Virus record (IMG/VR): IMGVR_UViG_3300033388_003023
Location: 1-55,700 of that record
Direction: 5' to 3' (one strand)
Source of the DNA: a virus
Lineage: Duplodnaviria > Caudoviricetes
DNA length: 55,700 bases
Shown here one piece after another: positions 28,832 to 37,966 of this stretch. Below the pieces are notes generated by a model that made no database searches, was not told where the DNA came from, and was given only the letters and a program-made list of their open reading frames with translations. The first letter of the stretch is position 1, and every line of letters starts with the position of its first letter. The position numbers and the translations under genes are program-made.

Positions 28832-29101
28832 TTATACTAATTTTCTACCATTATTCACATCTGTTTCAATTTTTACGCCTGGCACAAAAACAAGAGCCTC
28901 TGCGACATTTTCGCCATGTTGGGTTGTTACCTGAACAATACAACCTGTTTTAGTTTCCATAGCTTTGCAAGATTTCATCCACCCTTCGGCTTTGGACGAT
29001 GCCTTACATAACAGTTGGAATAGATCTGTACTTCCAACTATTTGAACATCAGATACTTTTAATTTAGTCTCAGCTTCATTTTTATTATCAAGTGTTTTCA
29101 T
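28832..29101 (-). CDS. Conserved-type phage hypothetical protein
   Basis: LLCKASSKAEGWMKSCKAME...GCIVQVTTQ...AEALVFVPGV, AGGAG RBS. Confidence 0.7.
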   Translation of the reverse strand: MKTLDNKNEAETKLKVSDVQIVGSTDLFQLLCKASSKAEGWMKSCKAMETKTGCIVQVTTQHGENVAEALVFVPGVKIETDVNNGRKLV

Positions 29102-29124
29102 TTTTTCTCCTTAATATTTAATAA

Positions 29125-29547
29125 TTATTTCTTTAATCCATTTATCATATGATTACCGAAAAAGAATATCACCACGCCGATAAACGCCCACCCTATTTGA
29201 AAATATTTTACAACCTCAAGCTGGAACTTTGCAAAATCAGGGTCAAGTTTATATGTTATACAAATAGTGATTATTGACAATAAAGTCAAAAACATTATAA
29301 ATATAGCTGTTATCCTGCGCGTAATGCTTCTTGCTGTTGTTTCGTTATGTGTAGCCTCCATTAATTTTATATGAGTCTGCGACATCTTTTCTGCTATCTC
29401 AAGACGCTTTGTCAGTGTTTGGGCCTTTTCCTCTTTTGTGTAAAACATTTTATCAAGACCGTTGATAATGCCTGTTGTTGTTTTATCGGCAATATCAAGT
29501 GTTTTATTCGCTGTATCAGCTCCGGTTAGTAGTGACCAGAAACCCAC
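29125..29547 (-). CDS. Putative holin (GTA 3TM-holin-like)
   Basis: GTG after GGAGG. LDKMFYTKEEKA motif and two C-terminal TM segments ending IFFFG. Confidence 0.65.
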   Translation of the reverse strand: MGFWSLLTGADTANKTLDIADKTTTGIINGLDKMFYTKEEKAQTLTKRLEIAEKMSQTHIKLMEATHNETTARSITRRITAIFIMFLTLLSIITICITYKLDPDFAKFQLEVVKYFQIGWAFIGVVIFFFGNHMINGLKK

Positions 29548-29569
29548 GGCATCCCTCCTTAAATTAAAA

Positions 29570-29647
29570 TTAATGTTCCGGTGGCCACTCAATATTACCC
29601 TGAGGTGGCCATTCCTTACCTTCGCCTATCGGTCTATTGTTCTTCAT
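29570..29647 (-). CDS. 25-aa peptide MKNNRPIGEGKEWPPQGNIEWPPEH
   Basis: Hand-translated. Strong AAGGAGA RBS. Fills the gap between the endolysin-like and holin genes. Confidence 0.5.
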   Translation of the reverse strand: MKNNRPIGEGKEWPPQGNIEWPPEH

Positions 29648-29691
29648 GTTTTCTCCTTTTACGTCATTATTACCATCGGGCTTTATTGCCC

Positions 29692-30090
29692 CTAACTTAT
29701 AATTACTGTTAATTCTCTAAAATCTTCCGTTTTTTCCATAAACTTTATGCAATTATTTCTTGTTCCAATAATCATACGTTCATTTTTATAAAATCCTAAT
29801 TCCCAACCACACCCAATACAACCCGCAAAATCTTTCATATACGACCCTGGGTGAAACAAAATAATCTCAGTTCTACCGGGCACATCTTGCAATAACCAAA
29901 ACCACCCCCTTTTCTCTGTATGAACTTTCTTTGCAATATATTCACCAGCATTTATTCTGGATAAAAAAGGTTTATTGTCTAAATTCGGCCTTTCAAGAGA
30001 GAAGCCAAAAAAAGAGTTATCGATAAATATCACACCCCTGTTTGCTTTATCCGTATCATCTTCAAATCTTTTAATTTTTATTTTCATCAC
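29692..30090 (-). CDS. DUF5675-like protein (putative endolysin)
   Basis: SLERPNLDNKPFLSRINAGEY...LQDVPGRTEIILFHPGS...DFAGCIGCG motifs. Confidence 0.75.
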   Translation of the reverse strand: MMKIKIKRFEDDTDKANRGVIFIDNSFFGFSLERPNLDNKPFLSRINAGEYIAKKVHTEKRGWFWLLQDVPGRTEIILFHPGSYMKDFAGCIGCGWELGFYKNERMIIGTRNNCIKFMEKTEDFRELTVIIS

Positions 30091-30265
30091 TCACCCCCGG
30101 AAACATCTTTTCGTTATTCCACTCGCCACCGTCAAATTCTGCCATGACATCCATTAACTCAGTAGACACATTATCGCGTATAGTTACAGCACCATGTATG
30201 CCTATTTCCTGCATTAATTTATTAGCTTTATCATAAATATTTTTAAAGTGTTCTTCTCTTGTCAT
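30071..30265 (-). CDS. Hypothetical protein
   Basis: Coupled ORF with GGAGG RBS. Confidence 0.6.
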   Translation of the reverse strand: MTREEHFKNIYDKANKLMQEIGIHGAVTIRDNVSTELMDVMAEFDGGEWNNEKMFPGVSDENKN

Positions 30266-30447
30266 CGCTCATCCTCCGTAATATCAACGAAATAACCATC
30301 CTCGCCACATAACCTTAAAGCCTCCACGCCTTCGATTAAAAGCTTATCGCAATCAATATGATCAAAAGAACACCTACTACATGTTAACTCTATGTCAGAT
30401 TGTCGTAATTTATATTTCCTTTCTATTACATATACTTTATCACTCAT
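30262..30447 (-). CDS. Small Cys-rich protein
   Basis: CxxC...C...C pattern, coupled ORF. Confidence 0.6.
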   Translation of the reverse strand: MSDKVYVIERKYKLRQSDIELTCSRCSFDHIDCDKLLIEGVEALRLCGEDGYFVDITEDER

Positions 30448-30457
30448 AATTCACCCC

Positions 30458-30826
30458 CTAACAAGCCTTATTCCCATGCATATATGGCCGGTTAATATTA
30501 AAAGAATGCTTTATATTTATCGCTTTACCAATATCAATATTTTCTTTCCCGCAAAAATCAAGAAGGCGAATAATACAATCAGCAATTTCAATAGGAATAC
30601 CTTCAGGTTTATCGCCTTTGTAGTAAATTTCATCCGTGTCTCGATGATCTCTATGCTCCTCCATTGCCTCTGTAAGCTCACATACGCAAAGCATTAGTGT
30701 TGTGCCAATCTCTCTCGGCTTATCATGCCAACCGTGATCAATTGCGTTTTGATGCACTGAATCACGCACTGAATTAAAACACTGTCTAATTGACTTGTTC
30801 CCGTACTTTGCTATTTTTTCGCTCAT
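30458..30826 (-). CDS. MazG-like nucleotide pyrophosphohydrolase
   Basis: ELTEAMEE...EIADCIIRLLD...KHSFNINRPYMHG motifs. Confidence 0.85.
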   Translation of the reverse strand: MSEKIAKYGNKSIRQCFNSVRDSVHQNAIDHGWHDKPREIGTTLMLCVCELTEAMEEHRDHRDTDEIYYKGDKPEGIPIEIADCIIRLLDFCGKENIDIGKAINIKHSFNINRPYMHGNKAC

Positions 30827-31026
30827 TTTTCCCCCGTTATTTTTAATCCAAATTCCTGTAATCTTAGAACCATAGCGTTTTTCTGCGCTACCGTTGATTC
30901 ACATTCTAATCGATCATTGATATATTTACAAAATCTATCTGTAACAGCTCTATAAACACATTGATTATTTTCCGAGTGAGTGCAGAAAAATAACGGAATG
31001 CATTTATTACCTTTTAACTCTTCCAT
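30823..31026 (-). CDS. Small Cys-rich protein
   Basis: Five Cys, coupled ORF. Confidence 0.55.
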   Translation of the reverse strand: MEELKGNKCIPLFFCTHSENNQCVYRAVTDRFCKYINDRLECESTVAQKNAMVLRLQEFGLKITGEK

Positions 31027-31046
31027 TATAATCCTTATACTTCATA

Positions 31047-31553
31047 CTATTTATCCTTCAAATATTCAGATATTACAGGAGTATTAATAAACTTCTTTTT
31101 AACATCTCTCTTTGCTGGCGTATACCTTGCCAATTCTGGTACCCATGATGACAAAAATAGTTTTTCTGGAATAACTTTATGAATATAAATTCCTTTAATC
31201 TTTAACATCATTTTCCGCAAAATCTGAAATGATTTATTATCGTGGTATTTATCTCCTGTACCTTTTGTATCGATATATATCTTGTAATCGCCTTTCTTTT
31301 TATCGTACAATGTGTCTATCTGGCAACCTTCTACGATAAAATCAGGGGTATAACCAACAGGCGCATAGAGATGTCTTTTTTTCCCGTCACGAATATAATA
31401 CTGTTTTTCAATAAGCTCAAAAGTATCCCGACCTTTTTCCTGCTTCTTATATCCTTCTATTAAACCGGCTGTGAAAGCTTCGTCAAGCCAGTGCTTAAAA
31501 TCAAGTTCTTCCTGACTATCAAACCAAACATCATTGTATTTTATTTTAGCCAT
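31047..31553 (-). CDS. PD-(D/E)xK nuclease (DUF1064-like)
   Basis: FDSQEE...YTPDF...IDTKG motifs. Confidence 0.75.
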   Translation of the reverse strand: MAKIKYNDVWFDSQEELDFKHWLDEAFTAGLIEGYKKQEKGRDTFELIEKQYYIRDGKKRHLYAPVGYTPDFIVEGCQIDTLYDKKKGDYKIYIDTKGTGDKYHDNKSFQILRKMMLKIKGIYIHKVIPEKLFLSSWVPELARYTPAKRDVKKKFINTPVISEYLKDK

Positions 31554-31798
31554 TATTTATCCCCCATAGATAAAAGTAAATCAAGCTCTTCTTGTTCTAA
31601 ATAAAACAGCAAAATTGCCTTGAAAGGCTCGACCCATTTATCGTCTCGATTTATAGCTGCCTTGTATTTTCCCAATAAGTCAGCGACTACAATTTCCATT
31701 ATCTGGCCGTGGTCGATTTTTATTGTAGTTGATAGACTATCTATAATATCTCTTTGTATCCCAAATAATCTTTTGTAGCTGTTATCTGTTTTAGCCAT
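31553..31798 (-). CDS. Hypothetical protein
   Basis: Coupled ORF. Confidence 0.55.
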   Translation of the reverse strand: MAKTDNSYKRLFGIQRDIIDSLSTTIKIDHGQIMEIVVADLLGKYKAAINRDDKWVEPFKAILLFYLEQEELDLLLSMGDK

Positions 31799-32165
31799 GT
31801 TTATTTATCCTGTATTTCCTTCTTATCTTACTAATACTCGTCTGCGACAACCCAAACATCACACATAATTCTTTTACTTTTATTTCTGACGTGCAAATAA
31901 AATCAATATCGGCCTTAGGCATAAAAGCTATTTTACCTTCATTCGGCTTCCCTTTCGGCCTACGAGCAATGCCCATTTTCTCAAGCAACGAATAAATACC
32001 TACAGCAGTATATTCAAGAATCTCACCAATTTTTTCAGCTACAAGACCGCCGGTATAAAGAGTTTCAACCATTTCTGAAACATATTCAAACCCGTATTTA
32101 GCAGCTATTTCAAGCCGGTCGGTGTAGAAATTAATTCCTTTGTCGTAGTATAGGTATTTATTCAT
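31791..32165 (-). CDS. HTH DNA-binding protein
   Basis: GLVAEKIGEILEYTAVGIYSLLEKMG and KELCVMFGLSQTSISKI HTH-like segments. Confidence 0.65.
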   Translation of the reverse strand: MNKYLYYDKGINFYTDRLEIAAKYGFEYVSEMVETLYTGGLVAEKIGEILEYTAVGIYSLLEKMGIARRPKGKPNEGKIAFMPKADIDFICTSEIKVKELCVMFGLSQTSISKIRRKYRINKHG

Positions 32166-32172
32166 TTTTTAA

Positions 32173-32802
32173 TTATTCTTTATCTCCCGCTATTGTGTTT
32201 ATTTCGTAATTACACATAAAATGTAGGTGCTGAATATCTAATTCTGGATATTCTAAGACAAACTCGTGATTAATATTATTTAAAATTAAAATTACTTTTC
32301 TTTTAAGTTCGTCGCTATCTATTCTTCTTATTGTATCGCCAACCTTCGTATTTTCATTTGTGCAAGTTTCCCATTTCTCAGGCTTGTTTTCTCTGAGCCA
32401 TTTTCTAATAGAGTTTAACTCGCAAGATTGTTTTTCTGTATTCGAACTTGAATTTAGAATATGATTCAATAAAAGATTATGTCTTTCCTTCTTCCACTCG
32501 TATTTAGTCTGGATTTCCTTAGGCTCTTCGTTTGGTAGGAAAATATATTTCCCCTCTTCCGCAATCATCTGTACGCCGTTAAGAATGATATCGCTCATCT
32601 TTACAAGCTCTTCACACTTTGTAAAATTCCCTTGTTCGTCAGCGGTACAGTGGTTTATACCTTCAAATTCTTTCGGCTCTTTTTCTACAAACTCGTAAGC
32701 GAAACCAGACCCTTCAATATCACACTTGTCGCAATGACTATCACACTCACAATCATTACAACTTCCTTTTACTTTTTTATAAATCAATTCCTCTCTCATC
32801 AA
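32173..32802 (-). CDS. Hypothetical protein with Cys-rich N-terminus
   Basis: 209-aa ORF containing CNDCECDSHCDKC. Confidence 0.6.
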   Translation of the reverse strand: MMREELIYKKVKGSCNDCECDSHCDKCDIEGSGFAYEFVEKEPKEFEGINHCTADEQGNFTKCEELVKMSDIILNGVQMIAEEGKYIFLPNEEPKEIQTKYEWKKERHNLLLNHILNSSSNTEKQSCELNSIRKWLRENKPEKWETCTNENTKVGDTIRRIDSDELKRKVILILNNINHEFVLEYPELDIQHLHFMCNYEINTIAGDKE

Positions 32803-32967
32803 TCAATTCTCCCTTTTAACCTTCCGTTTGCGACCCATAGCAGCCCGGTAAAATAAAGTCGATATAGTTACAAACTTTGACCGGCTTAGATTATTGTCTT
32901 TGATATATTTTTCATTTGCTTTGTCTATTTCTTCATCCATAGAAATTGTTCTTGTTACTGTTGCCAT
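32803..32967 (-). CDS. Ribbon-helix-helix protein (54 aa)
   Basis: Hand-translated MATVTRTISMDEEIDKANEKYIKDNNLSRSKFV..., an RHH/CopG pattern. Confidence 0.65.
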   Translation of the reverse strand: MATVTRTISMDEEIDKANEKYIKDNNLSRSKFVTISTLFYRAAMGRKRKVKREN

Positions 32968-33188
32968 TATAAATCCTTTTTAGGTATATTAGGTAGAGGC
33001 TGCCAAAATTCTACAGCCGCAATATCGCAATAGTAATCATCTCCATCAGCACCATCCCAGCATAGATGTTCATGATTAAATACAAGAATCTTAATTTCTC
33101 CTTCATGATATACAAGACATGAAACTTGAGAATATATTACATTTTCTTCTCGTTCTGGTAATTTATCTTTTGGCTTAATCCACTCCAT
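32967..33188 (-). CDS. DUF551-like protein
   Basis: MEWIKPKDKLPE...VEFWQPLP. Confidence 0.8.
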   Translation of the reverse strand: MEWIKPKDKLPEREENVIYSQVSCLVYHEGEIKILVFNHEHLCWDGADGDDYYCDIAAVEFWQPLPNIPKKDL

Positions 33189-33238
33189 ACAATCCTCCAG
33201 TTATTGTTTATTATAAATAACAAAATTATTAATTAATG

Positions 33239-33673
33239 TCAAGCCCTAATCATAGATCCACAAGAATATTCGTTCAAAGTATTACAGTCGCAACCACGAT
33301 CTATTTTAGCTTGACACACGTCACATCTCGCCCAGCTATTCGCTGATACAAAGTTTGTTTTACATTCATAGCAAACTTTAGGCTTACCTTGATACATCCT
33401 CCATTTAATCTTTTCCGGCTTTTCTATGTCAGATTTTTTTCCGGGTTGTGAAATCTTAACGCCAATTTTTCTAAGATGATATAAAATATTAGATGCGTTA
33501 TACCCTGTTATTCTTCCTATAGCTTCGGCCCCCAACCCGTTTCCGTTGTCGTACAGCTTGTAAAACGCTTCAGTGACAAATTTAAACTGGCTGTATCCTG
33601 CCTCCTCTATTCTCATCATAGCAACTACCGGTTTCTTAATCGCTCTATCATAAAATTCAAAGTCTATTATCAT
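33239..33673 (-). CDS. HTH plus Zn-finger protein
   Basis: GLGAEAIGRITGYNASNILYHLRKIG, C-terminal CxxC...CxxC. Confidence 0.6.
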   Translation of the reverse strand: MIIDFEFYDRAIKKPVVAMMRIEEAGYSQFKFVTEAFYKLYDNGNGLGAEAIGRITGYNASNILYHLRKIGVKISQPGKKSDIEKPEKIKWRMYQGKPKVCYECKTNFVSANSWARCDVCQAKIDRGCDCNTLNEYSCGSMIRA

Positions 33674-33861
33674 TCTTTATTCTCCTTTAATCCAGTCCCC
33701 ATGCATTCATCGCACACATTTTCCATAACCCCTTGTGTCCTTAAGTACGATTTCAAGGACAGTAAAAAGCTTTCTTTTTTATATTCTGGCAATTTACTGT
33801 GCTTATATGCAGATTCAGATTTTTCCAGAATATAATTTATTGTCGCTTCTGATATTTTCAT
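33670..33861 (-). CDS. Hypothetical protein
   Basis: CDECMGTG motif. Starts inside the 43-bp repeat. Confidence 0.55.
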   Translation of the reverse strand: MKISEATINYILEKSESAYKHSKLPEYKKESFLLSLKSYLRTQGVMENVCDECMGTGLKENKE

Positions 33862-33899
33862 ACCATTATCCTTTTTTCAGGCATATATGCCCTTTAGTT
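33857..33899. repeat. 43-bp direct repeat, copy 1 (palindrome + RBS + start codon)
   Basis: Matches 34514-34556 with one mismatch. Contains the perfect palindrome GGCATATATGCC. Confidence 0.9.
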
Positions 33900-33901
33900 G
33901 A

Positions 33902-34153
33902 TTACTTAAACTTGTCACAATTTTTATTTTTAAATTTCATTTCGTGCTTTTTTGTTGGATTTATACATAAATCTTTTTCATATTCTTCACAAAACCAGGG
34001 CTTATCATCTTTTAAAAAAGATTTACAATTCCAGCAAGATTTTATTTTAGGATTCCTATAACATTTTGGTTCATGCTCTAAGCAATATTCCTTTTTCCAA
34101 AAACCTTTTGAGCAATGATCACAGATATATCTTTTTGTATTTCTTATTCTCAC
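33902..34153 (-). CDS. Zn-finger Cys-rich protein
   Basis: YICDHCSKGF...CLEHEPKCYRNP...CWNC. Confidence 0.7.
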   Translation of the reverse strand: MRIRNTKRYICDHCSKGFWKKEYCLEHEPKCYRNPKIKSCWNCKSFLKDDKPWFCEEYEKDLCINPTKKHEMKFKNKNCDKFK

Positions 34154-34185
34154 TATCCCGCCTCCTTGGTAAACATGCCTTTTAA

Positions 34186-34518
34186 TTATAAATCTTTAGA
34201 TTCTGAAAAACACGGTATAGCGAAAACATAATCACATTTATAACTTTCATTTTCAGGTATCAAAGCTTCTTCCATGCTGTCGGCTTTTATAACTCTTAAA
34301 TCATAAAATACATCTTTCGGGCCAACATTAAAAACAAGATAATTCCCAGAATGCTTTGGATTTAATTTTTTATGTATTTCTTCTTTTATGCTTTCCAGTT
34401 TTCTTTCAACAACATCGACAATATACATTTTTTCTTTCAATCGTGTATTTAACTGCCAATTTAAAAATTCAAGTTGCCTTATTTTTGCTTCATGTTTTTC
34501 TTTCCCTGTTAGATTCAT
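34186..34518 (-). CDS. Hypothetical protein
   Basis: AAGGAG RBS lies within the repeat. Confidence 0.6.
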   Translation of the reverse strand: MNLTGKEKHEAKIRQLEFLNWQLNTRLKEKMYIVDVVERKLESIKEEIHKKLNPKHSGNYLVFNVGPKDVFYDLRVIKADSMEEALIPENESYKCDYVFAIPCFSESKDL

Positions 34519-34556
34519 ACCATTCTCCTTTTTTCAGGCATATATGCCCTTTAGTT
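34514..34556. repeat. 43-bp direct repeat, copy 2
   Basis: Matches 33857-33899. Confidence 0.9.
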
Positions 34557-34629
34557 AATTAATTTATCGACTATTCTTGACGTGTAACGGGTATAGGGTA
34601 AGTCTGTTAGCCAGCCCGCTATCTGCTTT

Positions 34630-36489
34630 TTAATCTTTGTACATACCTTGGAATTTAAAATCTTCATATGAATTACCAACCTCCGGATTCTTCCTTTTAA
34701 TTTTATTAATTGTTGTTTCGAGATCTGATGGCCATCCCCAATCGGTGACATTTACTATACCTCCGTTTTTTGTTATTTGATAAAACAATTGTTGGCCCTC
34801 TGGATTTTGTGAACCATTGTGAACCATCTTGCACTTTTCAATTACAGCCCTATTCACGATTCCTAATTCACCTTTATAGCAATGGTGGAGTGAAATATAT
34901 AACCTTGCTTTTGAAAGAGTGCCGTCACCTCCCCTGGCAAGTCTCTGCCCTTTTGACTTCTGCATAGCAACCATTGCAATTCCAGACTTCAAGGAGTCCC
35001 TAATCTGTTTTAGATTTGCCTCCATATCTGAAAATGATATCTCTGTAGATGCCTCAAGTAAATCAATATAGACAAGTTTATTTTCCCTGCCATGTGATAT
35101 TGCATCTTGAAAATTAGTTGATTTATCTATTATCTCCGCCTGATTCCATAAGTCAGGATCGTCAAGGATTAATAATGCCCTATTCGAAAATTCACTTTCT
35201 GACATTTCGGAAGAAATATAAACAGGTTTATCAAATTGCATCGACCTTAAAATATTATCCCTCATGTTTTCAAGAAATATAGCTGTTTTGCCTGAGTTGC
35301 TTTCACCGGCAACAACAACAATATTTCTATCTTCAAGTATAACATTCTCAGATAATCCAAACGGAAGATGAATATCAACACCGGATACCCTTTCAGACCT
35401 TCTTACAGTCATTGTTTTTATTTCTGAATCAATAACCCTAAAAACAGATCGCTTTTTAGAGTCTTGCTGTATTATGTTTTCTCTGCAAAGTGTGGAAATT
35501 ATATCATCTACATTGTTTTTTTGAGCTTTATCTTTGATCGTAAAATGATTTAATATTTCTGTTATTGTAAAACTGCCCTGGAATTTAGAACACCACTCCC
35601 TTATTCCGGCTTCTAAATATTCTGTTTTTGGAACTATCTGTGCCTTAACTATATCTATACCCTCTAAAACGTGAATATCGTTAAAATCAGTCGGTTGTGT
35701 GGTTTCATCTTTAAATTCAGGAACAACAATAATGCCATTCACAAGTTCTGCGGCTTTCGTTCCCTTGTTAATGCCTGTGTTAAATTCCTTATACTTATCA
35801 TTATCGCAAGCAATTATTATATTTGAATCTGGTAAAACTTCTTTTACCCTTAATGCTACCTTGCTTAAATTATCAGCATAAAAAGAAATAAAAGTTTGAA
35901 AACCAGTCGCCTCAAAAATACTTGCGCCAGTTGAAAACCCTTCGCAAATTACAATATGGTTTTTTGTGCCCTTTATCACATAAGCCCCACCAGATGTAAT
36001 GCCACCCGACATAAAACGCTTTCCAGAAGAATCAATAAACTGCAATGAAACAATTTCACCAGCCTTGTACACAGGAATAACAAGACTACTTTTATATCTT
36101 CTGGCTCCATTAGCGTTTATTTTCTTTTTAACTAAATATGGATGAGTCCCTTCCTTTAATCCTCCCCACATCTTTTGAGCTTTTATGGCAACTTTTTTTG
36201 ATTCTTCAATTCTTAAAACTTCTGACTTCTTCCTGATTAATTCAAACTTTTTTTGGATCTGGATTATTTCGTCTTGTGTTTTTCCATCAGCGAATAAAGA
36301 ATAAGTTTCCGATAACCCGGTTGACCAATCTCCAAAAGCACCATAAGAATTTCCATCCCACGTATTAAAAAAATACCAACAAGACTTATCTTTTTTCCCA
36401 TCAACCGAAAACCTTTGTATTTTTTCTGAGACAATAATAGTTTCTGGATATAAATTATATTCTGCCAATTTATCTCTAAAATTTTCCAT
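34630..36489 (-). CDS. Primase-helicase (Toprim + RecA-like ATPase)
   Basis: ICEGFSTGAS...IACDND...PTDFND Toprim motifs and Walker A GESNSGKT. Confidence 0.85.
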   Translation of the reverse strand: MENFRDKLAEYNLYPETIIVSEKIQRFSVDGKKDKSCWYFFNTWDGNSYGAFGDWSTGLSETYSLFADGKTQDEIIQIQKKFELIRKKSEVLRIEESKKVAIKAQKMWGGLKEGTHPYLVKKKINANGARRYKSSLVIPVYKAGEIVSLQFIDSSGKRFMSGGITSGGAYVIKGTKNHIVICEGFSTGASIFEATGFQTFISFYADNLSKVALRVKEVLPDSNIIIACDNDKYKEFNTGINKGTKAAELVNGIIVVPEFKDETTQPTDFNDIHVLEGIDIVKAQIVPKTEYLEAGIREWCSKFQGSFTITEILNHFTIKDKAQKNNVDDIISTLCRENIIQQDSKKRSVFRVIDSEIKTMTVRRSERVSGVDIHLPFGLSENVILEDRNIVVVAGESNSGKTAIFLENMRDNILRSMQFDKPVYISSEMSESEFSNRALLILDDPDLWNQAEIIDKSTNFQDAISHGRENKLVYIDLLEASTEISFSDMEANLKQIRDSLKSGIAMVAMQKSKGQRLARGGDGTLSKARLYISLHHCYKGELGIVNRAVIEKCKMVHNGSQNPEGQQLFYQITKNGGIVNVTDWGWPSDLETTINKIKRKNPEVGNSYEDFKFQGMYKD

Positions 36490-36492
36490 TTA

Positions 36493-37326
36493 TCAACGTT
36501 CTCCGCAATATTCTGATATAAATTTTTTAGTGTTGAATTCTACCTCTTCTCTTTCATCGTCGTCGATAAAATCAGGCACAAAGTTAATATAATTAATATC
36601 TGAGGTTTTATATAAACCACCGGCCTGATATTCTGAATTTATCCATGTTTTAGAATCTAAACAAATAACAATAGATTCTTTTAGTGGTTTTGGTTTTAAT
36701 GAAGGATCTCGCTTTATTGAATTATTAAACCATGTATTGACAGATAGCTTCCAATTAGCCATTGGTTTATTTGTTTTACCAACCGCCCAACCGTTAGCAT
36801 CGTAGTGATTAATAAAATAATCAGGATTCACAACAGAACCAAAATTTCTTTCCAAACAATAATCAGCTATTTCTTTTACAGTTGGCTTGATAAATAATTC
36901 TTTTTTCTTCTTTGGTTTTTCTTTATTCTTCTTCTTAGTGTCCGTCTGTTGTCCTTCTGTTGTATCGTCTGTTGTCTTGTTGTTGTCGCTTTTATTGTCT
37001 TGTTTTTGATATTCATCGTAGTTAATTATTGATATTATTGAAGATAACTTGTTTTTCTGTTGTACTATCTGTTGTTCACTTTCGAGTAATTTAAAAAACG
37101 TTCTAACCCTACTCCTTGACCACTTCCATCTTTCAGAAAGCTTCAATTCAGACCATCCAACTTGGCCCCTTTCTATATCAATTTTTATACCTCGAACAAG
37201 AATATAACCTTTTTCAAAATTGGCCAATAAAATCAAATCAACCCATGCCTGACCTCTTGTAAATGGCTCAAGGGTCCATAATTGATTCTTGCTTAATTTA
37301 CGGTGTAGTTTTATCCAACCTGACAT
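36493..37326 (-). CDS. Replication initiator / replisome organiser (lambda O-like)
   Basis: MSGWIKLHRKL...AWVDLILLAN...RGQ...LSERWKWSR N-terminus, low-complexity linker, FINHYDANGW...NWKLSVNTW domain. Confidence 0.85.
   Translation of the reverse strand: MSGWIKLHRKLSKNQLWTLEPFTRGQAWVDLILLANFEKGYILVRGIKIDIERGQVGWSELKLSERWKWSRSRVRTFFKLLESEQQIVQQKNKLSSIISIINYDEYQKQDNKSDNNKTTDDTTEGQQTDTKKKNKEKPKKKKELFIKPTVKEIADYCLERNFGSVVNPDYFINHYDANGWAVGKTNKPMANWKLSVNTWFNNSIKRDPSLKPKPLKESIVICLDSKTWINSEYQAGGLYKTSDINYINFVPDFIDDDEREEVEFNTKKFISEYCGER
36938..37008. promoter_or_regulatory. Probable iteron-type replication origin within the initiator gene
   Basis: TCTGTTGT-like units at about 11-12 bp spacing (36945, 36956, 36968...) next to a T-rich tract, the same position as lambda ori within O. 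Confidence 0.55.
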
Positions 37327-37414
37327 ATTTTACCTTATTGACTTTTTAACCAAGGAATGGTATTGATAGGAGTATTCTGTTCCTTGATTAGCGCCCCGCA
37401 AAGGCGCTTTTCTA

Positions 37415-37720
37415 TTATTTATTCCGTTTATAATAATTAAACAAGTTTTGCCTTGTCCAATCATCACCGCTGATAGTCTTTATTCCTGAATCATTCAACA
37501 TTTCAGAAATTTCTGTATATGTTGCCCCTCTTTCAAGACCCCATTTTATTTTATTAATAATTAATCTTTTTTTATCAACCCTGAACATAATATCTCCTCT
37601 TTCCATATCTGTATTAATATTGCATACATTATGCAACTTGTCAAACACTTTATAGCCGAATATTAATTTAATATTGTAATCATTTTTTATTCTTCTTTCT
37701 TGATCTATCAATAATTTCAA
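37415..37720 (-). CDS. Stand-alone recombinase-type HTH protein
   Basis: GATYTEISEMLNDSGIKTISGDDWTRQNL motif, with no catalytic domain. Confidence 0.6.
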   Translation of the reverse strand: MKLLIDQERRIKNDYNIKLIFGYKVFDKLHNVCNINTDMERGDIMFRVDKKRLIINKIKWGLERGATYTEISEMLNDSGIKTISGDDWTRQNLFNYYKRNK

Positions 37721-37966
37721 TAATATTTATACCGTGTATATATAAAAGCTCTATGATATACATATTAAACGTTCTTGTATTAATACTGTCTAAACCACCT
37801 GTTATGTGCCGAAATAAAACCATATCAACGCTTTTCTTTTTGTTATTTAAAGGTTGAATTCTGATACCTGTAAAGTCTCTGAATTTTACGAATTTCATAT
37901 TCCCTCCATTTGACATTAACTTAAAAACCTGCTATTAATAACCACTTTCTTTCTCCACTCTCCCTA

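Noticed and set aside
37415-37720. Serine integrase
   Set aside because: Only a short recombinase-type HTH is present, with no catalytic domain.
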